Made by a program: the position numbers and the translations under genes
In this document: positions 1 to 10,607 of the stretch, in pieces
How positions within the stretch are numbered: position 1 is the stretch's first letter
Layout: each line of letters opens with the position of its first letter
The notes under the pieces: generated by a model
What the model saw: the letters and a program-made list of their open reading frames with translations, nothing else
Told to the model about the DNA's origin: nothing
Database searches by the model: none
Assembly: GCA_003344405.1 (NCBI GenBank)
Contig: NOWV01000317.1
Location: forward strand, 1-49,211
DNA length: 49,211 bases
From: Trichoplax sp. H2
Taxonomy: Eukaryota
Direction: 5' to 3'

Positions 1-531
1 AATTCCAAATTTTAGAAAAATAAGGGCTTTATTGTATCTTATACAAAGATTAACTACACACAGCTCTACTCTAGCCCAATACTACTACCAAAGACTTCTA
101 CAACGAACTAACTGAATAATCTAAAGTTGCATGCTTTTATACTTTTCGTAGCATTCGCAGTTACAATCCGCACGGCAACCTTTTACTTTATTTTACATAT
201 AGTTAAATTATTCTTAGTAAGACTATTCTACTGCGGACAATCATTAATCCGATATGGATACGACTACAGTATTTATGTAGACATTATTCACACCAGCCAA
301 AGTACAATGAATTAATTATATCCTAATATATGGTTTACAGTTCTAGTTTTATCTATAGCCTTATTAGTAAGTCAACACCTTACGATATAAAGTCATCTAT
401 ACTCTAGCATAGAGTCTATACCACTACAGTCTATAGTTATGGCTACCAAATATCTCTTAGGATAAATATCTACAGTACATTATACTAAACATGGATAACA
501 GTCTACAATCACAATACTAAGTTACATTACA
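1..531 (-). mobile_element. Solo-LTR-like element, family C, copy 1 (3' end cut by window edge)
   Basis: Reverse complement of 25243-25786. Its 5' end TGTAATGTAACTTAG is read from 531. Non-coding. TSD cannot be checked. Confidence 0.75.
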
Positions 532-1708
532 GGATATAAAATAGCTCAGTAAACTCTTGCTTTTCCTAAAATGCCGGCTACCATAATCATACCATGATTC
601 ATTGATATGTTACAAATGAGTAATAATATTTAATTAGCAATTACAAAAATACTGTAAGTTACATTACAATAAATGGAGTTTTTTCAAAATCGGTTTAAGT
701 AGATTAATTTAATCGCTAATTTAAAGGTTCAAAATAATTTCACGGGAAGTCCATCTATGATCCTTTTACTTCTTCCTTTGCAAAGTTTAGAAATAACAAT
801 GAGGTTTTAAAGTTTCCTAATTTTATAATGTTGAAAATACAGCTGAAAACTGAGGTCTAGTAATCTTAATACTCTTTGCGATCTGCCCATAAAATTTTCA
901 CAAACAGCGATTTTATAAATCTTAAGATAATAAGACATATGTCGATCTTGTTTTTGCTTTGATTCGCTACTCAATAATATTAGGCAGTTTACAATCTTTG
1001 TTGTCAGTAGCTAAGCACTTGTTTCAAATCTTTGAATTGTATTCATCACTATCCTATGATTATTCGTTGGAAAAACTTCTAAAACTACATTATATGTAAT
1101 CTATTTTAAATATATTAGTACCCAGCTATTACCAGGATATATATAATGTCGAATGGTAATACTATCTGTTAATTATTAACAAATGGGTACATTATCGTCA
1201 ACCATCAGCAAAGCGAATGGGAGTTTGGACTAGTATACTTCAAACGCATTTTCAAATAAATCAACAATAGCCATCAAAATAAGATTTCTTATACAGTCGG
1301 TATTATTGCACCGTATATAATTCAGAAAACAGGCCTATAAAGAGAAATAATATTCGTATATCAAGAAATCAATACCGCTTTTAGTAGCAAATACAATTAT
1401 AAGCTATGATAGGTAAAATAAATTATGTAACTTTGTACAGCTATGCTTGCAGAAATCAATAAAGTATTTTAATTAATCGCTGTCAAGAAATCCAAGGCTA
1501 AAGTTTAATACGATGGCTCTAGAATGTAATAACTTAATAATTCTACAATAAAGAATGTATAATTACTTTAAATTAGTATCGTGTACTCTAATGCGATGTT
1601 AATCTTAATCAGTGCTTTGTTACAGTTTTCATTTATTCCATCTCTAGGCATGCTATTATTTGCTGCCCGATTAAGACTGTATTCTTAACCTGAATGCATG
1701 TATCTTAA

Positions 1709-2518
1709 TGTAATGATTTTGCCTAATTGTAGTAGTACAGTAGGTAGGCTCACAGGAAAATGTGTCGAATTTGCACTGTTTCTATTGTAAGAGTTAGGTT
1801 CCCAGTTAAGGCCGGAGCTCATGGCCAAACTAAGGTTTGTGTAGACTGTCTTCCATATAAGAGTTAAAGTATTATTATCCGCTTTACCTTAGCCGGCTGT
1901 TAAATCAAGCTTTACAGTCTTGAATTAGTTTACCTGCTATTGAATGGAAGCGTTTATGAATAAAAATTTGCATAGAAATAAATTGAGGGCGAATTTTTCT
2001 AAGCGGCATTATCCGGTTAGTCTTAGTCGTCTTCGACTGTCCTTATGACGAGAAGAAATTGGAAATCTTCTCGACAAACAAACCTATCAATAAATGTGTA
2101 AGATCTGCAAGTGTTGAATTATGTTTTTAGCAATTATCATGTTGTAAACAACTTAGATAACGTATTTAAGCAACTACACTTTTCTGTCATTGTTGTTCTT
2201 AGTCTTTCTTTTCTAAGGTATGATGTTGTAGAAAATTTTTGTTGTCAGTCTGAGCTTGTTGTACTATTTTTTACGTAGTATCTCAATCGATGGAGAACCA
2301 GTAATAAAATTTATAATTCTAAAATTTCTATTGTTAACTACTTTTTAATTACAGTTAGTAGAACAGGTTTTGTTTTAAGACGTTATTATTCAGTTTTATA
2401 ATGTTGGTGTTGACCTTCATGTGTCACATTAGGAAATTATGCAATTTCTGTTAACTCAAATTTGGGCTTTGTATGCGAACCAAAAGTAATAGCAGGAGAC
2501 CGTTACTCGATTATTACA
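1709..2518 (+). mobile_element. Candidate solo-LTR-like element, family H (single copy, ~810 bp)
   Basis: TGTAATGAT...ATTATTACA termini (8/9 inverted match). Flanks CTTAA (1704-1708) and CTTAG (2519-2523) match 4/5. TATTTAAG at ~2163, AATAAA at 2303. No second copy in the window. Confidence 0.45.
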
Positions 2519-2714
2519 CTTAGTTACCTTGCGACATAAGATTATTTTGCGGTATTGCAAGAGAGAAAGTACCAGTTAGCTTTATAGACATTCAATTTCA
2601 TCACATTGTAATTTGTTATAAATTTTAGGACATGATTTTATTTGCTTTTTAGATGTAATGCATTTCTCAATAACATTAATTGGTTTCTAGAGCGATCCAA
2701 GTTAATCGTTTAAG

Positions 2715-3868
2715 ATACAGAAATTAATTTGGAATGAATCCAATACTAGCTATCATTTAGAAGAAGTTGATCAAATTTATATGTTTCCACGCGTAGTACT
2801 TACTCTTTGGACATATTTGGAGTAATATTCTGCTTATTTGTCTTATCGGGACTATTTTCAAGTACATTAAAACTACCTTCATCATTCATCATAATATCTA
2901 GCTTCAATTGGTATCGGTATAGTTACAGGGTATTTTTACGAACTGGTTAGCGAACATCCTAGCCGAACGATACATTATTGCAAGTGATCATTCTGGGATG
3001 TTTCATAGCTTAGCTATTCTTAGCCATTTTAGCAGTTATTATCCCTCTAAATATCATCTTCATTTCATATACAGCTACAATCAAGAATATAATAAGCATG
3101 ATACACTACTTATACACAATTCAAAGTATCAGCAAATACCAGAACAAAGAATACGATAACGAAATAAGTGAATCATTGCCATGCTAATCATGACAGCCTT
3201 GTCTATTGCATCATCTTCGATTTCTAACGTAGAAAATATTGTAATTACTAGGAGTTTACTAATTGACAACAGATTTCATTAGCAATTATCATCTGCACTT
3301 TGGAGCATTTACCTAATTTCTGAAACTGCAATATTAATTGCATGCGCGATTAATCTGATTGTCACGGTACGAACTATCGTGAAGAAATAGCTATCTAAAT
3401 TTGGTTAATATAATATAGTGATATTATATTACAACTAGTAACTTATAATAGGAATTACTTTAATTATAAATGTGTTACAGTAAATTTAATTCTGTGCTGT
3501 AATGTGCACTAAAATGATTCTGTGAATGGACATATTGTCGTCCGACTGTGAAAAACTAGTTAGTAGATGTTCTCACCTAAGTATTTTTATAAGATGACTC
3601 ATTAATGTTAGCTGCTGTAGAAGGGTATACAAGCCCGTCAGACAGTTGAATAAAGTAGTTCTGAAATTATCTAGTTGAGTTTAACGTAGAATCAATGGCG
3701 TCTAAATTCTAGTAAGGTGGTTAAGGGATACTGAATCCCGAAGACTATAGAGATTTAAAGATTTGTTTTACGTTATCTTTGTCACGGAGCTGGTTTGTGA
3801 CACTGATCCTGCGTAATTTATTAAGCAGTAAATTTAAAGTTATAGAAATATTAATACTAGCAAAATAG
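2715..3868 (+). pseudogene. Class A GPCR pseudogene, interrupted by a family A LTR in TM7
   Basis: Hand translation across frames gives NES/NTS glycosylation sites, TM1-like SLDIFGVIFCLFV, TM4/ECL2 LASIGIGIVTGYFYE...HYC, TM5 VIIPLNIIFISYTATIK and TM6 IIAMLIMTALSIASSS. TM7 reads LWSIYLISETAILIACAINL[LTR]ILRNLLSSKFK. Frameshifts and stops are present, TM2-TM3 appear deleted, and the start is approximate. Confidence 0.8.
3360..3802 (+). mobile_element. Solo-LTR-like element, family A (443 bp)
   Basis: TGTCAC...GTGACA termini with perfect 5-bp TSD CTGAT (3355-3359/3803-3807). ATGACTCAT at 3594-3602, then TATA-like GTATACAAG, then AATAAA. Near-identical to 30127-30568 and 48113-48554. Confidence 0.92.
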
Positions 3869-4620
3869 AAAAAGAATTTAGCTTCCGAAGTAAATCGAAT
3901 ACGAGCACATCGAATTAGCTACAAGACAATATTAGTAAACTTGTAGAATGGCATTAGGCTAAATATTAATCGATAAAAATTCTTTATATTTCGATACATC
4001 TCAAGTACAAAAGAGAGTGTTAATAACAAAAGCAGAAACAAATATCATTGGCATTAGAATTTATTTCCACTTATTTAAAAATTGGAATAAATTTTTTAAA
4101 TTTTATAATTCTCTTCCTTTCTGTAATCTAGACTTATTATTTACACCATCCTTTACTCCTAGCACGTAATGTGTAAATTTTAGAACTTTAATATCACCGT
4201 TTATTTTCATATCATTACTTCGGACGTAAGACACTAATTCCAACTTCTACAAATACGATTACTAACAATGTAATGATTTTATATAAACTCACCCTCGTTA
4301 TACAATAATTTACGTCGTACTTAAAAATTACAATAATAACATTTTTATCACCTGCAAATCTTAATTGCGAAAAAATCTGTTGAGAAATGTAACTATTACA
4401 CCAACCAACCAGCCATGAAAGCCTTCTGTATTGCTAAGCATAAAAAATATTAATTATCCACTTTCAAGCTATTTTTTATATTCTGTAATTGGAATTCACT
4501 CAAAGGACATTGACTGTAAATAACCATTGGGTGAATTCCAGATAAAAAATTTTTTTATTATTGATCGATTCTTGTATCTTAGCGTTAATATCGAGAATAA
4601 AAAATTCAAGAAATAGCTTG

Positions 4621-5614
4621 AATTTCGATTTCTTTCAACTTTTGGCTTATTTCGAAGGAATTTTAGCCGTAACGCTGGCCTCCGTAGGGTTTATCTTCAT
4701 TATATTGGTCTACTCGACAGCTGGATAGCTATTTCTGATTGAAATGCTCAGCAGGTACTATTGATATTTATTACAGTTCTAATGATATCAGATATCGTGA
4801 ATTTCATGATTATTTGAAGCAGTTGCATTCTATAAATGGTAATATTGCAAAATAATTTGATTCAAGATTCAGACCTATCCGCAAATACGTTATATGTTAG
4901 TCTCGTCTATTTCTAATTTCAACTACTTTAATTTCATTTATGCTAACGCTTGCAGTCATAGGTATTGAACGACGTAGAGCGGTATGTTATCCGTTTCAAG
5001 CATCTACTTCTAGTAAGAAGGGAGTCATAACCGTATAATACTATGGATTACAGCATACATCATAGGGATATTAGAATCCGTTTATTACGAAGGCTCTATT
5101 AGCAATGCTTACTATACATGTCAACAACGAGTAAATAAGATTTATATTGTTGCAGCTGTATCTTTATATGCTTTTGTTATCTTAATAAAGATATTTATAG
5201 TCATCTGTTACTTTAGTATTGCAATTAAACTATATAAATTCAAGTTGCCTAATGATCTTTCGCATTATAGGCTACAGATGGGAGAAATTATTAGAATCAG
5301 AAATAAGGGAACATTTGCTTCATTCATAGAGACTATTTTGTCTATCTAATATTGTTTTCCTTTTATAATATGTTTCCTAATTCTATTGAAAGGAAGATGT
5401 GGTAAGCTAGATTACGTTGACTACCTCATAACGACTTTTGGCATTTTTATCAATGTGTCTGGATTTTAACGCTAACTTCTACAGCCGTTAATCAATACTA
5501 TATAGCTTCGGAAATATAACTTTTAAAGTTTCGTTTGTATTGTTGTTGGAAAAACTTCGCTGTGATAACTTAGTACCGAACATTCCACTTCACGATGCAC
5601 GTATTACAAAATGA
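4621..5614 (+). pseudogene. Class A GPCR pseudogene
   Basis: TM1 GILAVTLASVGFIFIILV, TM2 VLMISDIVNF, TM3 LTLAVIGIERRRAVCYPF (E codon 4967-4969). TM7 is VN[frameshift]ILYSFG, and the tail ends at TGA 5612-5614. Multiple internal stops and frameshifts. Start approximate. Confidence 0.88.
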
Positions 5615-5647
5615 ATAGCTTCTATTCTTATTTATTATTTATACAGC

Positions 5648-5808
5648 TATCACAAACCAGCTTCGTGACAAGGATAACGTAAAACAAATCTCTAAATTAC
5701 TATAGTCTCCGGGATTCAATATCCTTTATCTACCTCACAAAAATTTAGACGCCTTTGATTCTACGTTAAACTCCACTAGACAATTGAGAACTGCTTTATT
5801 CAACTATC
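5648..5808 (-). mobile_element. Family A element, 3' end, running into an assembly gap
   Basis: TATCACAAACCAGCTTCGTGACAAGGATAACG is the reverse complement of the family A 3' end. It follows ACAGC (5643-5647) and is absent from the duplicate locus at 6170/6171. Confidence 0.9.
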
Positions 5809-5828
5809 NNNNNNNNNNNNNNNNNNNN

Positions 5829-6170
5829 AGGGAACATTTGCTTCATTCATAGAGACTATTTTGTCTATCTAATATTGTTTTCCTTTTATAATATGTTTCC
5901 TAATTCTATTGAAAGGAAGAGTTGGTAAGCTAGATTACGTTGACTACCTCATAACGACTTTTGGCAATTTTATCAATTTGTCTGGATTTTAACGCTGACT
6001 TCTACAGCTGTTAATCAATACTATATAGCTTCGGAAATATAACTTTTAAAGTTTCGTTTGTATTGTTGTTGGAAAAACTTCGCTGTGATAACTTAGAACC
6101 GAACATTCCACTTCACGATGCACGTATTACAAAATGAATAGCTTCTATTCTTATTTATTATTTATACAGC
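5829..6170 (+). repeat. Second (allelic) copy of 5306-5647 across the gap, without the LTR
   Basis: 342 bp collinear with 5306-5647, about 7 substitutions by eye, starting right after the N-run. Confidence 0.9.
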
Positions 6171-7942
6171 TTCATGGTTTAAACTTTTACTTTTAATAGC
6201 AATAAGTCAGTCCCTTAAATAGCGGTAATTTAATTGTGTAGCATATTTTATGTAATACAATATTAATATGAAACATCATTTATATAAATTTTATGCTATA
6301 ACTTAATTTTACCATTATACTAACGTTTTTATTCGAATAACTAATATAATTATATTAGCAATCCTGATATATATTCAACTTACGTTCCTGTTCTCTAGAC
6401 ATAATCAAATAATTCAATAACTGAAGATTCTTGAATCAATTATGAATTGAAATACAGTTTTCTGGTTTGTCTTAAAAATTTTATTTCGGGCCAGAATTTT
6501 GAAGATGATATATAAAAAGCTGCAGTATGAATATATCAGCTATTAAAGTCAAATTAGAATCAAACGATTTTTTTCAATGGTTGTAAATGTTTCTTAAAAT
6601 GACTTGATTAAAAAACTAATGCAACCTCAATGGAATGCTAGGCATCAAATGTAAACGTCGAGTTAAACAGTACTTATAGTTTTTCGAATGCATTTTTTTT
6701 GAAAGTTCAGCCTTGCGTCCGTGAGTAATTTAAATACAAAAATATATAAAGTGAATATATAAAACATTCTATCATTAATCATGTATATCGTAGTAGTATG
6801 AGACGCAGTTTTACAATACTAAGATAGCCTGGCAAAGAAATAAATATATAATAGCAATTGATGTTTAGAGGGTAAAACGAAATGATCGTGTCTAAGATTA
6901 ATTAGCTGACAATTCTATATAGAGTTTCCTCAAGTAAAATATTTAATACTATTCATAAGATAATACTAACTTCTTTATGTAAAGAATTTACTAATAAACA
7001 CATTCTAAAGTGCACTTAAATCTACGGTATATACGTCTGTTTATTAGAAATATTTTAGAAGGGTTTAAAATTAATTGTAACGGCATTCTTATTTTTTAGC
7101 ATATTTCTATGATTTGGTTGCACCTTTAACAGCAAAATAGTAGGTAATGAAATTTTACATTCTTTCATTAATTTTCCTCTTACCAAAAGCAAAGTGCAAT
7201 ATGTAAATGAATGCTAGCATATAAAAATCATAGAATTACTCATTAAAATAGGTAGTAAAATAATAACTCATTATCCCTAGATACTCATTAAGTAAAATTA
7301 TATAAATAGATAAGCATCGTATTATTGATAATATTGATAATGATAATTGAATAATTGATCACCAAACTTAACAACGTTAATAATATTAATGAAATATTAC
7401 AAGTAATTCATCAATACTCAGCACAGATTGTGCATATTATTTAGCACAGATCATAAATTATGAGATTATGAATCACAGTTATTATTTGCACAGCTGATTC
7501 AATTTATACACGTTGAAAAATATGTTAGCGATTCATACTTTATTATTAGATAGCTGATTTCTAGTAAATCTTTGTTCAATAATCCAGAACTGAATTAAAA
7601 TTAAAATTCATAAAATGATAATGTAGGGCATTAATTAATTGCATGATGATGTTTTCTATTTAACAAATAGAATTTAAATTTCGGAATTCAGATAGTAACT
7701 TACTGCTAGCTTACGGCAAATTTTCAATTGAAAAATCAGCAATGAGTTTATAAGGTAACTGTATTTAGTTAAAACAAATTTGAAACATATATGTATTTGG
7801 AATTAATAGTAATTATAATGTTATCGTGACTACAAATATCAAGAACAACTTAAATGTTTCCATGATACATTTTTATCTCTTACATTATAGTTTTCTTCCT
7901 TCTGTCGGCCATCTTTATTAACGTGAATACGAGACTTTAAAA

Positions 7943-8980
7943 ATGAATATTTCCAATGAAACACTAAATACGAATTCATATAGCAACCAGACAATCTCTG
8001 TCTTTCATACTGCACTTATTACATTTGCGTCATTAGGAACAATATTCAATTTAATAGTATGTTGGGTCATATTTTCACGCCATCAAAAGCACACGCTTGA
8101 TCTCCTTATAGGCCAGTTAGCATTAACAGACCTCTTTTCTGCTTTGGCGACAGTATCAGCTTACGTCATGCATCTTTTATTTAAAAGCAACCGGGCAATA
8201 TCTTGGTTAGCAAGAGAGATTATCTGTAAATTATCAAGTTCAAGTACAAGTGTTGGTGTCATAAACTCAAAATTAGTATTGATGGCAATCAGCTTGGAAA
8301 GATATAGAGCCATAATACATCCGTTAAAAGCACCATTCAGAAGAAAATTGATTGTTTTAGGGATTATTTTGATGTGGTTAATATCCGCCGTACTAGGTGG
8401 ATTTCTAGGCTTATACCATGGAGTATCTAAAATTGATCTAAACTCCTGTATGTTACTAGGTAGTCAAACCGAAAAGTTTGCTATTATGATTATTTTTGAA
8501 TGTACTGCAGGAATTATTCCTTTAACTGTAATACTAATATCCTACATAAAAATTATGATAAAAATTTGTACTACAAAAATTCCAACGGAATCAACTAGCA
8601 CCGAATGTCAGCGAAAACAGTTGGCAAAGAAGAAGCATAGAAATCAGAAAATAGCCGCTATATTAATTATAACTCTATTATCATCAATATCAGCCTCACT
8701 ACATCTGATAAATTACATGATCTTAACGATTGGGCAATTTATGAACACTGAGTATAAAGTGCGACCTGAATTTCATACTTTTTTAATAGTCTCTGGATCA
8801 TTAACATTATGCTCTTGTGTTTTGAATCCCATTATATATAATTTCGTGAGCACGAATTTTAAGAATGATATGAAACATATGTATAGATATTATGTACGCA
8901 AGTTTAGTTGTATTAGAAAATGTTCGGCTTCGTTTATGGATAAATGTTCAGAAAGCTCTCAAGCATTTAATTTACGCTAA
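7943..8980 (+). CDS. Intronless rhodopsin-like (class A) GPCR, 345 aa
   Basis: Seven hydrophobic segments with N-glycosylation sites at the N-terminus. Motifs: TM1 FN, TM2 LALTD, TM3 CKL...SLERYRAIIHP, TM4 W, TM5 P...SY, TM7 NPIIY. Confidence 0.95.
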   Translation: MNISNETLNTNSYSNQTISVFHTALITFASLGTIFNLIVCWVIFSRHQKHTLDLLIGQLALTDLFSALATVSAYVMHLLFKSNRAISWLAREIICKLSSSSTSVGVINSKLVLMAISLERYRAIIHPLKAPFRRKLIVLGIILMWLISAVLGGFLGLYHGVSKIDLNSCMLLGSQTEKFAIMIIFECTAGIIPLTVILISYIKIMIKICTTKIPTESTSTECQRKQLAKKKHRNQKIAAILIITLLSSISASLHLINYMILTIGQFMNTEYKVRPEFHTFLIVSGSLTLCSCVLNPIIYNFVSTNFKNDMKHMYRYYVRKFSCIRKCSASFMDKCSESSQAFNLR

Positions 8981-10004
8981 TTTACTGAAGGTGGAAAGAT
9001 AGCAAACTCAGCTATGCTATGAACATCATGAAATAACAATATCAGGCTTAGGTTTCTTCAATCTTTATGGAACACTTCCTTCACAATTTTGTTAAAATTT
9101 GTTCATCAGAAATTTACTAAATGTATATTATATTCAATAATACCTTTTCGTGTCGGTAAAATAGGTTATGATATTATATTTCGGCTAAATTTAATAAGTC
9201 ATTTAGTTATTATTAGTACTATTCAAATATAATTCAACGACAAGAATACTAATAAATTCATCATAGAAAACATTGTTATCCCAAAGAAAATTTTATTACA
9301 TCGATTAGCATCAAAGTCAGGCATCGTTTCTTTAGGTAAATTAAAAATATTTTTCACTATTCGAAAGAAGGCGTTGCCAAATGTTGTAAAATTTTACGCG
9401 AAATATCTAGAAATTAAACCTGGCCCTGACTGGCACTATAATTTTTATGAGTCATTCAAAACATGAGATGCTATAGTAATTTTATTGTACTGATACTCAA
9501 AAAATCTCGTATAGAAATTTTATTTTGTTGGTTATTTAATTAGAGTAAGGTTGAAGTCATACTTCAAATCTTAACTGCTAGCATTACGTTTTTAAACTTA
9601 AAACAAACCAATTTGATTCATTAAAATCAAATAATAAGGGAACAATTTCACAAAAATTTTATGCAAACCAGTTGTTATTTTCTAATGTCTTTAATAACAT
9701 AATTTGAATATTTTTGTACAAATATCTACTTTATATAATGATTTTACGCGTTTATATATAAAATAAAATGCTAAGCTAATCACGGTTTATTAGATAATGG
9801 TTAATCTTCAGTGCTAGGTTAAATCGCGTTTTAAGTAGATCTATAAATTTTGAAAATAAAACCTAATGGCAAATCAAAAATGCTACAATAATCTAATAGC
9901 ATGAAAAAGATCGGTTATCCAATACCAAGCCCGTATTTAGCCGATTAGCAGCTAGTAAGAACGTATCTAATATCTAATTCTAATATATTTCATAATTTGC
10001 CAAG

Positions 10005-10225
10005 TATGAAATTGTTATATACTGTATTATAATAGAAATATCTATGTTAGGATAACTCTGTTGGCCTATCCTTATCTAGTTAACTTCTAATTTGGATATA
10101 CTGTGTTTTAACATAGCACTGACTTTTTATCACAGTGACACATATGCACATACTGAAATTAATAGTTATAATAGGGAATGTAAATCATCTACTTACAGTT
10201 CGAATCTTTGGGATTGTTACTTACT
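10005..10225 (+). mobile_element. Truncated, older 5' fragment of family B
   Basis: Aligns by eye with the first ~220 bp of 38136-38604 (TGTTATATACTGT...TAGGATAA...CTATCCTTA...). The terminus is decayed and the 3' part is missing. Confidence 0.8.
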
Positions 10226-10607
10226 CAAGCCATATCAAAGACTGAACCAAAACTGACATTATTCCATCTCGATCTTTCAATAATTTCTGAATGAGAAATC
10301 TTTCTGTAAATCTATAATTCTCGTAATGACGTATTTAGTCAAGCATTCTACTCCAATTACGCAACGCTGACTATTTTAATTTACGTTAAATTTGTTAATG
10401 AAGGCGTTTACTTGACTTACTTGAGAGCTCTATAAACATTATATGTCATATAAACGTAAAAAAACTGACTAACAAAGTTTAAATTGTTCATTGCAGATTT
10501 CATAATTGTAAATAAATGATTGGCTTACTGTATTACGAGATCGTCTAAAATTATAAAGGACAATAAATCAATAATAATTAATCATGAAACTATCTCATTT
10601 ATGATAC

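Noticed and set aside
127..315. 62-aa ORF, repeated at 25469-25657
   Set aside because: It has a TTG start, lies antisense within family C, and has no recognisable domain. The similarity just reflects two repeat copies.
3360..3802. Classifying families A-D as classical MITEs of DNA transposons
   Set aside because: The terminal inverted repeats are only ~5-6 bp with TG...CA, the TSDs are 4-5 bp of variable sequence, and the TATA/AATAAA layout is polar. All of this fits LTRs better.
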